This document shows, in pieces, positions 40,801 to 53,999 of a stretch of 64,000 bases of DNA. A model generated the notes under the pieces. It made no database searches, was not told the origin of the DNA, and saw only the letters and a list, made by a program, of their open reading frames with translations. Numbering within the stretch: position 1 is the stretch's first letter; each line of letters starts with the position of its first letter. A program made the position numbers and the translations under genes. The stretch is taken from NCBI GenBank assembly GCA_964057225.1, contig OZ059896.1, forward strand, positions 4,092,001 to 4,156,000. The letters run 5' to 3'. Source of the DNA: Auanema rhodensis (Eukaryota; Animalia; Nematoda).

Positions 40801-43800
40801 CTCAACATTGCTTCCAAAAACATTTTGACAAAAATTTTTTCGAAAAATTTCAAAATAATTTAGCAAAAAGTAGATGTTTTTAGATTCCGTTTTTTAAGGC
40901 AAAGACGATGGACAATGTTATTCAACGAAAAAAATAATTCTTCAGGGTGAAAATCGAGGATATAAGTGTGAACTTATATCAGTTGATATCTCGGTGCATT
41001 TTTAAGCTAGCGGAAATTTAATAACACAGATCGACGCAGCTTAAAAATCCGCATCGAATGCACTATACTACATTGAGAAACGCTTAATACAAAAATTAGT
41101 TATGATCGTTTGGAAAATGATGCATTAGTGTATGTTGAGTTTCCATGTACACTCAAAATTGCTTCCAAAAACATTTTGACAAAAATTTTTTCGAAAAATT
41201 TCAAAATAATTTAGCGAAAAGTAGATGTTTTCAGATTCCTTTTTTTGAGGCAAAAACGATGGACAATGTTATTCAACGAAAAAATTAATTCTTCAGGGTG
41301 AAAATCGAGGATATAAGTGTGAACTTATATCAGTTGATATCTCGGTGCATTTTTAAGCTAGCGGAAATTTGATAACACAGATCGACGCAGCTTAAAAATC
41401 CGCATTGAATGCACTATACTACATTGTGAAAAGCTTAATACAAAAATTAGTTATGATCGTTTGGAAAATGATGCATTAGTGTATGTTGAGTTTCCATGTA
41501 CACTCAAAATTGCTTCCAAAAACATTTTGACAAAAATGTTTTCGAAAAATTTCAAAATAATTTAGCGAAAAGTAGATGTTTTTAGATTCCTTTTTTCGAG
41601 GCAAAAACGATGGACAATGTTATTCAACAAAAAAATTAATTCTTCAGGGTGAAAATCGAGGATATAAGTGTGAACTTATATCAGTTGATATCTCGGTGCA
41701 TTTTTAAGCTAGCGGAAATTTGATAACACAGATCGACGCAGCTTAAAAATCCGCATCGAATGCACTATACTACATTGAGAAACGCTTAATACAAAAATTA
41801 GTTATGATCGTTTGAAAAATGATGCATTAGTGTATGTTGAGTTTCCATGTACACTCAAAATTGCTTCCAAAAACATTTTGACAAAAATTTTTTCGAAAAA
41901 TTTCAAAATAATTTAGCGAAAAGTAGATGTTTTTAGATTCCTTTTTTCGAGGCAAAAACGATGGACAATGTTATTCAACGAAAAAATTAATTCTTCAGGG
42001 TGAAAATCGAGGATATAAGTGTGAACTTATATCAGTTGATATCTCGGTGCATTTTTAAGCTAGCGGAAATTTAATAACACAGATCGACGCAGCTTAAAAA
42101 TCCGCATCGAATGCACTATACTACATTAAGAAAAGCTTAATACAAAAATTAGTTATGATCGTTTGAAAAATGATGCATTAGTGTATGTTGAGTTTCCATG
42201 TACACTCAAAATTGCTTCCAAAAACATTTTGACAAAAAATTTTCGTAAAATTTCAAAATAATTTAGCGAAAAGTAGATGTTTTTAGATTCCTTTTTTCAA
42301 GGCAAAAACGATGGACAATGTTATTCAACGAAAAAATTAATTCTTCAGGGTGAAAATCGAGGATATAAGTGTGAACTTATATCAGTTGATATCTCGGTGC
42401 ATTTTCAAGCTAGCGCAAATCTGATAGTACAGATCGACGCAGCTTAAAAATCCGCATTGAATGCACTATACTACATTGTGAAAAGCTTAATACAAAAATT
42501 AGTTATGATCGTTTGAAAAATGATGCATTAGTGTATGTTGAGTTTCCATGTACACTCAAAATTGCTTCCAAAAACATTTTGACAAAAATTTTTTCGAAAA
42601 ATTTCAAAATAATTTAGCGAAAAGTAGATGTTTTCAGATTCCTTTTTTTGAGGCAAAAACGATGGACAATGTTATTCAACGAAAAAATTAATTCTTCAGG
42701 GTGAAAATCGAGGATATAAGTGTGAACTTATATCAGTTGATATCTCGGTGCATTTTTAAGCTAGCGGAAATTTAATAACACAGATCGACGCAGCTTAAAA
42801 ATCCGCATCGAATGCACTATACTACATTAAGAAAAGCTTAATACAAAAATTAGTTATGATCGTTTGAAAAATGATGCATTAGTGTATGTTGAGTTTCCAT
42901 GTACACTCAAAATTGCTTCCAAAAACATTTTGACAAAAAATTTTCGTAAAATTTCAAAATATTTTAGCGAAAAGTAGATGTTTTTAGATTCCTTTTTTCG
43001 AGGCAAAAACGATGGACAATGTTATTCAACGAAAAAATTAATTCTTCAGGGTGAAAATCGAAAATATAAGTGTGAACTTATATCAGTTGATATCTCGGTG
43101 AATTTTCCAGCTAGCGCAAATCTGATAACACAGATCGACGCAGCTCAAAAATCCGCATCGAATGCACTATACTACATTGAGAAACGCTTTATACCAAAAT
43201 TAGTTATGATCGTTTGAAAAATGATGCATTAGTGTATGTTGAGTTTCCATGTACACTCAAAATTGCTTCCAAAAACATTTTGACAAAAATTTTTTCGAAA
43301 AATTTCAAAATAATTTAGCGAAAAGTAGATGTTTTCAGATTCCTTTTTTTGAGGCAAAAACGATGGACAATGTTATTCAACGAAAAAATTAATTCTTCAG
43401 GGTGAAAATCGAGGATATAAGTGTGAACTTATATCAGTTGATATCTCGGTGCCTTTTTAAGCTAGCGGAAATCTGATAACACAGATCGACGCAGCTTAAA
43501 AATCCGCATCGAATGCACTATACTACATTAAGAAAAGCTTAATACAAAAATTAGTTATGATCGTTTGGAAAATGATGCATTAGTGTATGTTGAGTTTCCA
43601 TGTACACTCAAAATTGCTTCCAAAAACATTTTGACAAAAAGTTTTTCGAAAAATTTCAAAATAATTTAGCGAAAAGTAGATGTTTTTAGATTCCTTTTTT
43701 CGAGGCAAAAACGATGGACAATGTTATTCAACGAAAAAATTAATTCTTCAGGGTGAAAATCGAGGATATAAGTGTGAACTTATATCAGTTGATATCTCGG

Positions 43801-46399
43801 TGCATTTTCAAGCTAGCGCAAATCTGATAGTACAGATCGACGCAGCTTAAAAATCCGCATCGAATGCACTATACTACATTGAGAAACGCTTAATACAAAA
43901 ATTAGTCATGATCGTTTGAAAAATGATGCATTAGTGTATGTTGAGTTTCCATGTACACTCAACATTGCTTCCAAAAACATTTTGACAAAAATTTTTTCGA
44001 AAATTTCAAAATAATTTAGCGAAAAGTAGATGTTTTTAGATTCCTTTTTTCGAGGCAAAAACGATGGACAATGTTATTCAACGAAAAAATTAATTCTTCA
44101 GGGTGAAAATCGAAAATATAAGTGTGAACTTATATCAGTTGATATCTCGGTGCATTTTTCAGCTAGCGCAAATCTGATAACACAGATCGACGCAGCTTAA
44201 AAATCCGCATCGAATGCACTATACTACATTGAGAAACGCTTTATACCAAAATTAGTTATGATCGTTTGAAAAATGATGCATTAGTGTATGTTGAGTTTCC
44301 ATGTACACTCAAAATTGCTTCCAAAAACATTTTGACAAAAATTTTTTCGAAAAATTTCAAAATAATTTAGCGAAAAGTAGATGTTTTCAGATTCCTTTTT
44401 TTGAGGCAAAAACGATGGACAATGTTATTCAACGAAAAAATTAATTCTTCAGGGTGAAAATCGAGGATATAAGTGTGAACTTATATCAGTTGATATCTCG
44501 GTGCCTTTTTAAGCTAGCGGAAATCTGATAACACAGATCGACGCAGCTTAAAAATCCGCATCGAATGCACTATACTACATTAAGAAAAGCTTAATACAAA
44601 AATTAGTTATGATCGTTTGGAAAATGATGCATTAGTGTATGTTGAGTTTCCATGTACACTCAAAATTGCTTCCAAAAACATTTTGACAAAAATTTTTTCG
44701 AAAAATTTCAAAATAATTTAGCGAAAAGTAGATGTTTTTAGATTCCTTTTTTCGAGGCAAAAACGATGGACAATGTTATTCAACGAAAAAATTAATTCTT
44801 CAGGGTGAAAATCGAGGATATAAGTGTGAACTTATATCAGTTGATATCTCGGTGCATTTTCAAGCTAGCGCAAATCTGATAGTACAGATCGACGCAGCTT
44901 AAAAATCCGCATCGAATGCACTATACTACATTGAGAAACGCTTAATACAAAAATTAGTCATGATCGTTTGAAAAATGATGCATTAGTGTATGTTGAGTTT
45001 CCATGTACACTCAAAATTGCTTCCAAAAACATTTTGACAAAAATTTTTTCGAAAAATTTCAGAATAATTTAGCGAAAAGTAGATGTTTTTAGATTCCTTT
45101 TTTCGAGGCAAAAACGATGGACAATGTTATTCAACGAAAAAATTAATTCTTCAGGGTGAAAATCGAGGATATAAGTGTGAACTTATATCAGTTGATATCT
45201 CGGTGCATTTTCAAGCTAGCGCAAATCTGATAGTACAGATCGACGCAGCTTAAAAATCCGCATCGAATGCACTATACTACATTGAGAAACGCTTAATACA
45301 AAAATTAGTTATGATCGTTTGAAAAATGATGCATTAGTGTATGTTGAGTTTCCATGTACACTCAAAATTGCTTCCAAAAACATTTTGACAAAAATTTTTT
45401 CGAAAAATTTCAAAATAATTTAGCGAAAAGTAGATGTTTTTAGATTCCTTTTTTCGAGGCAAAAACGATGGACAATGTTATTCAACGAAAAAATTAATTC
45501 TTCAGGGTGAAAATCGAGGATATAAGTGTGAACTTATATCAGTTGATATCTCGGTGCATTTTCAAGCTAGCGCAAATCTGATAGTACAGATCGACGCAGC
45601 TTAAAAATCCGCATCGAATGCACTATACTACATTGAGAAACGCTTAATACAAAAATTAGTCATGATCGTTTGAAAAATGATGCATTAGTGTATGTTGAGT
45701 TTCCATGTACACTCAAAATTGCTTCCAAAAACATTTTGACAAAAATTTTTTCGAAAAATTTCAAAATAATTTAGCGAAAAGTAGATGTTTTTAGATTCCT
45801 TTTTTCGAGGCAAAAACGATGGACAATGTTATTCAACGAAAAAATTAATTCTTCAGGGTGAAAATCGAGGATATAAGTGTGAACTTATATCAGTTGATAT
45901 CTCGGTGCATTTTCAAGCTAGCGCAAATCTGATAGTACAGATCGACGCAGCTTAAAAATCCGCATCGAATGCACTATACTACATTGAGAAACGCTTAATA
46001 CAAAAATTAGTTATGATCGTTTGAAAAATGATGCATTAGTGTATGTTGAGTTTCCATGTACACTCAAAATTGCTTCCAAAAACATTTTGACAAAAATTTT
46101 TTCGAAAAATTTCAAAATAATTTAGCGAAAAGTAGATGTTTTTAGATTCCTTTTTTCGAGGCAAAAACGATGGACAATGTTATTCAACGAAAAAATTAAT
46201 TCTTCAGGGTGAAAATCGAGGATATAAGTGTGAACTTATATCAGTTGATATCTCGGTGCATTTTTAAGCTAGCGGAAATTTGATAACACAGATCGACGCA
46301 GCTTAAAAATCCGCATTGAATGCACTATACTACATTGTGAAAAGCTTAATACAAAAATTAGTTATGATCGTTTGGAAAATGATGCATTAGTGTATGTTG

Positions 46400-48110
46400 A
46401 GTTTCCATGTACACTCAAAATTGCTTCCAAAAACATTTTGACAAAAATTTTTTCGAAAAATTTCAAAATAATTTAGCGAAAAGTAGATGTTTTTAGATTT
46501 CTTTTTTCGAGGCAAAAACGATGGACAATGTTATTCAACGAAAAAATTAATTCTTCAGGGTGAAAATCGAGGATATAAGTGTGAACTTATATCAGTTGAT
46601 ATCTCGGTGCATTTTCAAGCTAGCGCAAATCCGATAACACAGATCGACGCAGCTTAAAAATCCGCATCGAATGCACTATACCACATTGAGAAACGCTTAA
46701 TACAAAAATTAGTTATGATCGTTTGAAAAATGATGCATTAGTGTATGTTGAGTTTCCATGTACACTCAAAATTGCTTCCAAAAACATTTTGACAAAAATT
46801 TTTTCGAAAAATTTCAAAATAATTTAGCGAAAAGTAGATGTTTTCAGATTCCTTTTTTTGAGGCAAAAACGATGGACAATGTTATTCAACGAAAAAATTA
46901 ATTCTTCAGGGTGAAAATCGAGGATATAAGTGTGAACTTATATCAGTTGATATCTCGGTGCCTTTTTAAGCTAGCGGAAATCTGATAACACAGATCGACG
47001 CAGCTTAAAAATCCGCATCGAATGCACTATACTACATTAAGAAAAGCTTAATACAAAAATTAGTTATGATCGTTTGGAAAATGATGCATTAGTGTATGTT
47101 GAGTTTCCATGTACACTCAAAATTGCTTCCAAAAACATTTTGACAAAAATTTTTTCGAAAAATTTCAAAATAATTTAGCGAAAAGTAGATGTTTTTAGAT
47201 TCCTTTTTTCGAGGCAAAAACAATGGACAATGTTATTCAACGAAAAAATTAATTCTTCAGGGTGAAAATCGAGGATATAAGTGTGAACTTATATCAGTTG
47301 ATATCTCGGTGCATTTTCAAGCTAGCGCAAATCTGATAGTACAGATCGACGCAGCTTAAAAATCCGCATCGAATGCACTATACTACATTGAGAAACGCTT
47401 AATACAAAAATTAGTCATGATCGTTTGAAAAATGATGCATTAGTGTATGTTGAGTTTCCATGTACACTCAAAATTGCTTCCAAAAACATTTTGACAAAAA
47501 TTTTTTCGAAAAATTTCAAAATAATTTAGCGAAAAGTAGATGTTTTTAGATTCCTTTTTTCGAGGCAAAAACGATGGACAATGTTATTCAACGAAAAAAT
47601 TAATTCTTCAGGGTGAAAATCGAGGATATAAGTGTGAACTTATATCAGTTGATATCTCGGTGCATTTTTAAGCTAGCGGAAATTTGATAACACAGATCGA
47701 CGCAGCTTAAAAATCCGCATTGAATGCACTATACTACATTGTGAAAAGCTTAATACAAAAATTAGTTATGATCGTTTGGAAAATGATGCATTAGTGTATG
47801 TTGAGTTTCCATGTACACTCAAAATTGCTTCCAAAAACATTTTGACAAAAATTTTTTCGAAAAATTTCAAAATAATTTAGCGAAAAGTAGATGTTTTCAG
47901 ATTTCTTTTTTCGAGGCAAAAACGATGGACAATGTTATTCAACGAAAAAATTAATTCTTCAGGGTGAAAATCGAGGATATAAGTGTGAACTTATATCAGT
48001 TGATATCTCGGTGCATTTTCAAGCTAGCGCAAATCCGATAACACAGATCGACGCAGCTTAAAAATCCGCATCGAATGCACTATACCACATTGAGAAACGC
48101 TTAATACAAA
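46400..48110. repeat. Marker monomer repeated at a 4-monomer offset (1404 bp)
   Basis: gatttctttt, aaatccgata and tataccacat co-occur twice. ccgata is at 46631 and 48035. Confidence 0.75.
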
Positions 48111-49139
48111 AATTAGTTATGATCGTTTGAAAAATGATGCATTAGTGTATGTTGAGTTTCCATGTACACTCAAAATTGCTTCCAAAAACATTTTGACAAA
48201 AATTTTTTCGAAAAATTTCAAAATAATTTAGCGAAAAGTAGATGTTTTTAGATTCCTTCTTTCGAGGCAAAAACGATGGACAATGTTATTCAACGAAAAA
48301 ATTAATTCTTCAGGGTGAAAATCGAGGATATAAGTGTGAACTTATATCAGTTGATATCTCGGTGCATTTTTAAGCTAGCGGAAATTTAATAACACAGATC
48401 GACGCAGCTTAAAAATCCGCATCGAATGCACTATACTACATTAAGAAAAGCTTAATACAAAAATTAGTTATGATCGTTTGAAAAATGATGCATTAGTGTA
48501 TGTTGAGTTTCCATGTACACTCAAAATTGCTTCCAAAAACATTTTGACAAAAAATTTTCGTAAAATTTCAAAATAAGTTAGCGAAAAGTAGATGTTTTTA
48601 GATTCCTTTTTTCAAGGCAAAAACGATGGACAATGTTATTCAACGAAAAAATTAATTCTTCAGGGTGAAAATCGAGGATATAAGTGTGAACTTATATCAG
48701 TTGATATCTCGGTGCATTTTCAAGCTAGCGCAAATCTGATAGTACAGATCGACGCAGCTTAAAAATCCGCATTGAATGCACTATACTACATTGTGAAAAG
48801 CTTAATACAAAAATTAGTTATGATCGTTTGAAAAATGATGCATTAGTGTATGTTGAGTTTCCATGTACACTCAACATTGCTTCCAAAAACATTTTGACAA
48901 AAATTTTTTCGAAAAATTTCAAAATAATTTAGCAAAAAGTAGATGTTTTTAGATTTCTTTTTTCGAGGCAAAAACGATGGACAATGTTATTCAACGAAAA
49001 AATTAATTCTTCAGGGTGAAAATCGAGGATATAAGTGTGAACTTATATCAGTTGATATCTCGGTGCATTTTCAAGCTAGCGCAAATCTGATAGTACAGAT
49101 CGACGCAGCTTAAAAATCCGCATCGAATACACTATACTA

Positions 49140-52100
49140 CATTGAGAAACGCTTAATACAAAAATTAGTTATGATCGTTTGAAAAATGATGCATTAGTGT
49201 ATGTTGAGTTTCCATGTACACTCAAAATTGCTTCCAAAAACATTTTGACAAAAAATTTTCGTAAAATTTCAAAATAATTTAGCGAAAAGTAGATGTTTTT
49301 AGATTCCTTTTTTCAAGGCAAAAACGATGGACAATGTTATTCAACGAAAAAATTAATTCTTCAGGGTGAAAATCGAGGATATAAGTGTGAACTTATATCA
49401 GTTGATATCTCGGTGCATTTTCAAGCTAGCGCAAATCTGATAGTACAGATCGACGCAGCTTAAAAATCCGCATTGAATGCACTATACTACATTGTGAAAA
49501 GCTTAATACAAAAATTAGTTATGATCGTTTGAAAAATGATGCATTAGTGTATGTTGAGTTTCCATGTACACTCAAAATTGCTTCCAAAAACATTTTGACA
49601 AAAATTTTTTCGAAAAATTTCAAAATAATTTAGCAAAAAGTAAATGTTTTTAGATTCCTTTTTTCAAGGCAAAAACGATGGACAATGTTATTCAACGAAA
49701 AAATTAATTCTTCAGGGTGAAAATCGAGGATATAAGTGTGAACTTATATCAGTTGATATCTCGGTGCATTTTCAAGCTAGCGCAAATCTGATAGTACAGA
49801 TCGACGCAGCTTAAAAATCCGCATCGAATGCACTATACTACATTAAGAAAAGCTTAATACAAAAATTAGTTATGATCGTTTGAAAAATGATGCAATAGTG
49901 TATGTTGAGTTTCCATGTACACTCAAAATTGCTTCCAAAAACATTTTGACAAAAATTTTTTCAAAAAATTTCAAAATAATTTAGCGAAAAGTAGATGTTT
50001 TTAGATTCCTTTTTTCAAGGCAAAAACGATGGACAATGTTATTCAACGAAAAAATTAATTCTTCAGGGTGAAAATCGAGGATATAGGTGTGAACTTATAT
50101 CAGTTGATATCTCGGTGCATTTTTCAGCTAGCGCAAATCGGATGACACAGATCGACGCAGCTTAAAAATCCGCATCGAATGCACTATATTACATTTAAAA
50201 ACGCTTAATACCAAAATTAGTTATGATCGTTTGAAAAATGATGCATTAGTGTATGTCGAGTTTCCATGTACACTCAAAATTGCTTCCAAAAACATTTTGA
50301 CAAAAATTTTTTCGAAAAATTTCAAAATAATTTAGCAAAAAGTAGATGTTTTTAGATTCCTTTTTTCGAGGCAAAAACGATGGACAATGTTATTCAACGA
50401 AAAAATAATTCTTCAGGGTAAAAATCGAGGATATAAGTGTGAACTTATATCAGTTGATATCTCGGTGCATTTTCAAGCTAGCGCAAATCTGATAGTACAG
50501 ATCGACGCAGCTTAAAAATCCGCATCGAATGCACTATACTACATTGAGAAACGCTTAATACAAAAATTAGTTATGATCGTTTGAAAAATGATGCATTAGT
50601 GTATGTTGAGTTTCCATGTACACTCAAAATTGCTTCCAAAAACATTTTGACAAAAATTTTTTCGAAAAATTTCAAAATAATTTAGCAAAAAGTAGATGTT
50701 TTTAGATTCCTTTTTTCAAGGCAAAAACGATGGACAATGTTATTCAACGAAAAAATTAATTCTTCAGGGTGAAAATAGAGGATATAGGTGTAAACTTATA
50801 TCAGTTGATATCTCGGTGCATTTTCAAGCCAGCGCAAATCTGATAGTACAGATCGACGCAGCTTAAAAATCCGCATCGAATGCACTATACTACATTGAGA
50901 AACGCTTAATAAAAAAATTAGTTATGATCGTTTGAAAAATGATGCATTAGTGTATGTTGAGTTTCCATGTACACTCCAAATTGCTTCCAAAAACATTTTG
51001 ACAAAAAATATTTCGAAAAATTTCAAAATAATTTAGCGAAAAGTAGATGTTTTTAGATTCCTTTTTTCGAGGCAAAAACGATGGACAATGTTATTCAACG
51101 AAAAAATTAATTCTTCAGGGTGAAAATCGAAAATATAAGTGTGAACTTATATCAGTTGATATCTCGGTGAATTTTTCAGCTAGCGCAAATCTGATAACAC
51201 AGATCGACGCAGCTTAAAAATCCGCATCGAATGCACTATACTACATTGAGAAACGCTTTATACCAAAATTAGTTATGATCGTTTGAAAAATGATGCATTA
51301 GTGTATGTTGAGTTTCCATGTACACTCAAAATTGCTTCCAAAAACATTTTGACAAAAATTTTTTCGAAAAATTTCAAAATAATTTAGCGAAAAGTAGATG
51401 TTTTTAGATTCCTTTTTTCGAGGCAAAAACGATGGACAATGTTATTCAACGAAAAAATTAATTCTTCAGGGTGAAAATCGAGGATATAAGTGTGAACTTA
51501 TATCAGTTGATATCTCGGTGCATTTTTCAGCTAGCGCAAATCGGATGACACAGATCGACGCAGCTTAAAAATCCGCATCGAATGCACTATACTACATTGA
51601 GAAACGCTTAATACAAAAATTAGTTATGATCGTTTGAAAAATGATGCATTAGTGTATGTTGAGTTTCCATGTACACTCAAAATTGCTTCCAAAAACATTT
51701 TGACAAAAAATTTTCGTAAAATTTCAAAATAATTTAGCGAAAAGTAGATGTTTTTAGATTCCTTTTTTCAAGGCAAAAACGATGGACAATGTTATTCAAC
51801 GAAAAAATTAATTCTTCAGGGTGAAAATCGAGGATATAAGTGTGAACTTATATCAGTTGATATCTCGGTGCATTTTCAAGCTAGCGCAAATCTGATAGTA
51901 CAGATCGACGCAGCTTAAAAATCCGCATTGAATGCACTATACTACATTGTGAAAAGCTTAATACAAAAATTAGTTATGATCGTTTGAAAAATGATGCATT
52001 AGTGTATGTTGAGTTTCCATGTACACTCAAAATTGCTTCCAAAAACATTTTGACAAAAATTTTTTCGAAAAATTTCAAAATAATTTAGCAAAAAGTAAAT

Positions 52101-53970
52101 GTTTTTAGATTCCTTTTTTCAAGGCAAAAACGATGGACAATGTTATTCAACGAAAAAATTAATTCTTCAGGGTGAAAATCGAGGATATAAGTGTGAACTT
52201 ATATCAGTTGATATCTCGGTGCATTTTCAAGCTAGCGCAAATCTGATAGTACAGATCGACGCAGCTTAAAAATCCGCATCGAATGCACTATACTACATTA
52301 AGAAAAGCTTAATACAAAAATTAGTTATGATCGTTTGAAAAATGATGCAATAGTGTATGTTGAGTTTCCATGTACACTCAAAATTGCTTCCAAAAACATT
52401 TTGACAAAAATTTTTTCAAAAAATTTCAAAATAATTTAGCGAAAAGTAGATGTTTTTAGATTCCTTTTTTCAAGGCAAAAACGATGGACAATGTTATTCA
52501 ACGAAAAAATTAATTCTTCAGGGTGAAAATCGAGGATATAGGTGTGAACTTATATCAGTTGATATCTCGGTGCATTTTTCAGCTAGCGCAAATCGGATGA
52601 CACAGATCGACGCAGCTTAAAAATCCGCATCGAATGCACTATATTACATTTAAAAACGCTTAATACCAAAATTAGTTATGATCGTTTGAAAAATGATGCA
52701 TTAGTGTATGTCGAGTTTCCATGTACACTCAAAATTGCTTCCAAAAACATTTTGACAAAAATTTTTTCGAAAAATTTCAAAATAATTTAGCAAAAAGTAG
52801 ATGTTTTTAGATTCCTTTTTTCGAGGCAAAAACGATGGACAATGTTATTCAACGAAAAAATAATTCTTCAGGGTAAAAATCGAGGATATAAGTGTGAACT
52901 TATATCAGTTGATATCTCGGTGCATTTTCAAGCTAGCGCAAATCTGATAGTACAGATCGACGCAGCTTAAAAATCCGCATCGAATGCACTATACTACATT
53001 GAGAAACGCTTAATACAAAAATTAGTTATGATCGTTTGAAAAATGATGCATTAGTGTATGTTGAGTTTCCATGTACACTCAAAATTGCTTCCAAAAACAT
53101 TTTGACAAAAATTTTTTCGAAAAATTTCAAAATAATTTAGCAAAAAGTAGATGTTTTTAGATTCCTTTTTTCAAGGCAAAAACGATGGACAATGTTATTC
53201 AACGAAAAAATTAATTCTTCAGGGTGAAAATAGAGGATATAGGTGTAAACTTATATCAGTTGATATCTCGGTGCATTTTCAAGCCAGCGCAAATCTGATA
53301 GTACAGATCGACGCAGCTTAAAAATCCGCATCGAATGCACTATACTACATTGAGAAACGCTTAATAAAAAAATTAGTTATGATCGTTTGAAAAATGATGC
53401 ATTAGTGTATGTTGAGTTTCCATGTACACTCCAAATTGCTTCCAAAAACATTTTGACAAAAAATATTTCGAAAAATTTCAAAATAATTTAGCGAAAAGTA
53501 GATGTTTTTAGATTCCTTTTTTCGAGGCAAAAACGATGGACAATGTTATTCAACGAAAAAATTAATTCTTCAGGGTGAAAATCGAAAATATAAGTGTGAA
53601 CTTATATCAGTTGATATCTCGGTGAATTTTTCAGCTAGCGCAAATCTGATAACACAGATCGACGCAGCTTAAAAATCCGCATCGAATGCACTATACTACA
53701 TTGAGAAACGCTTTATACCAAAATTAGTTATGATCGTTTGAAAAATGATGCATTAGTGTATGTTGAGTTTCCATGTACACTCAAAATTGCTTCCAAAAAC
53801 ATTTTGACAAAAATTTTTTCGAAAAATTTCAAAATAATTTAGCGAAAAGTAGATGTTTTTAGATTCCTTTTTTCGAGGCAAAAACGATGGACAATGTTAT
53901 TCAACGAAAAAATTAATTCTTCAGGGTGAAAATCGAGGATATAAGTGTGAACTTATATCAGTTGATATCT
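49140..53970. repeat. Higher-order repeat, 7-mer (2455 bp), two copies, with a third partial copy at ~62800-64000
   Basis: tatattacatttaaaaacg (acattt at 50191, 52646, 63872), gatgcaatag, aagtaaatg, aatcggatgac and cgtaaaa (g at 49261, 51716) recur in the same order. Confidence 0.9.
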
Positions 53971-53999
53971 CGGTGCATTTTCAAGCTAGCGCAAATCTG

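Noticed and set aside
21575-43217. Three 79-aa ORFs (MFLDSFFRG...)
   Set aside because: They arise from a TAA>CAA variant and other stop-avoiding alleles in one duplicated monomer type. There is no evidence of coding function.
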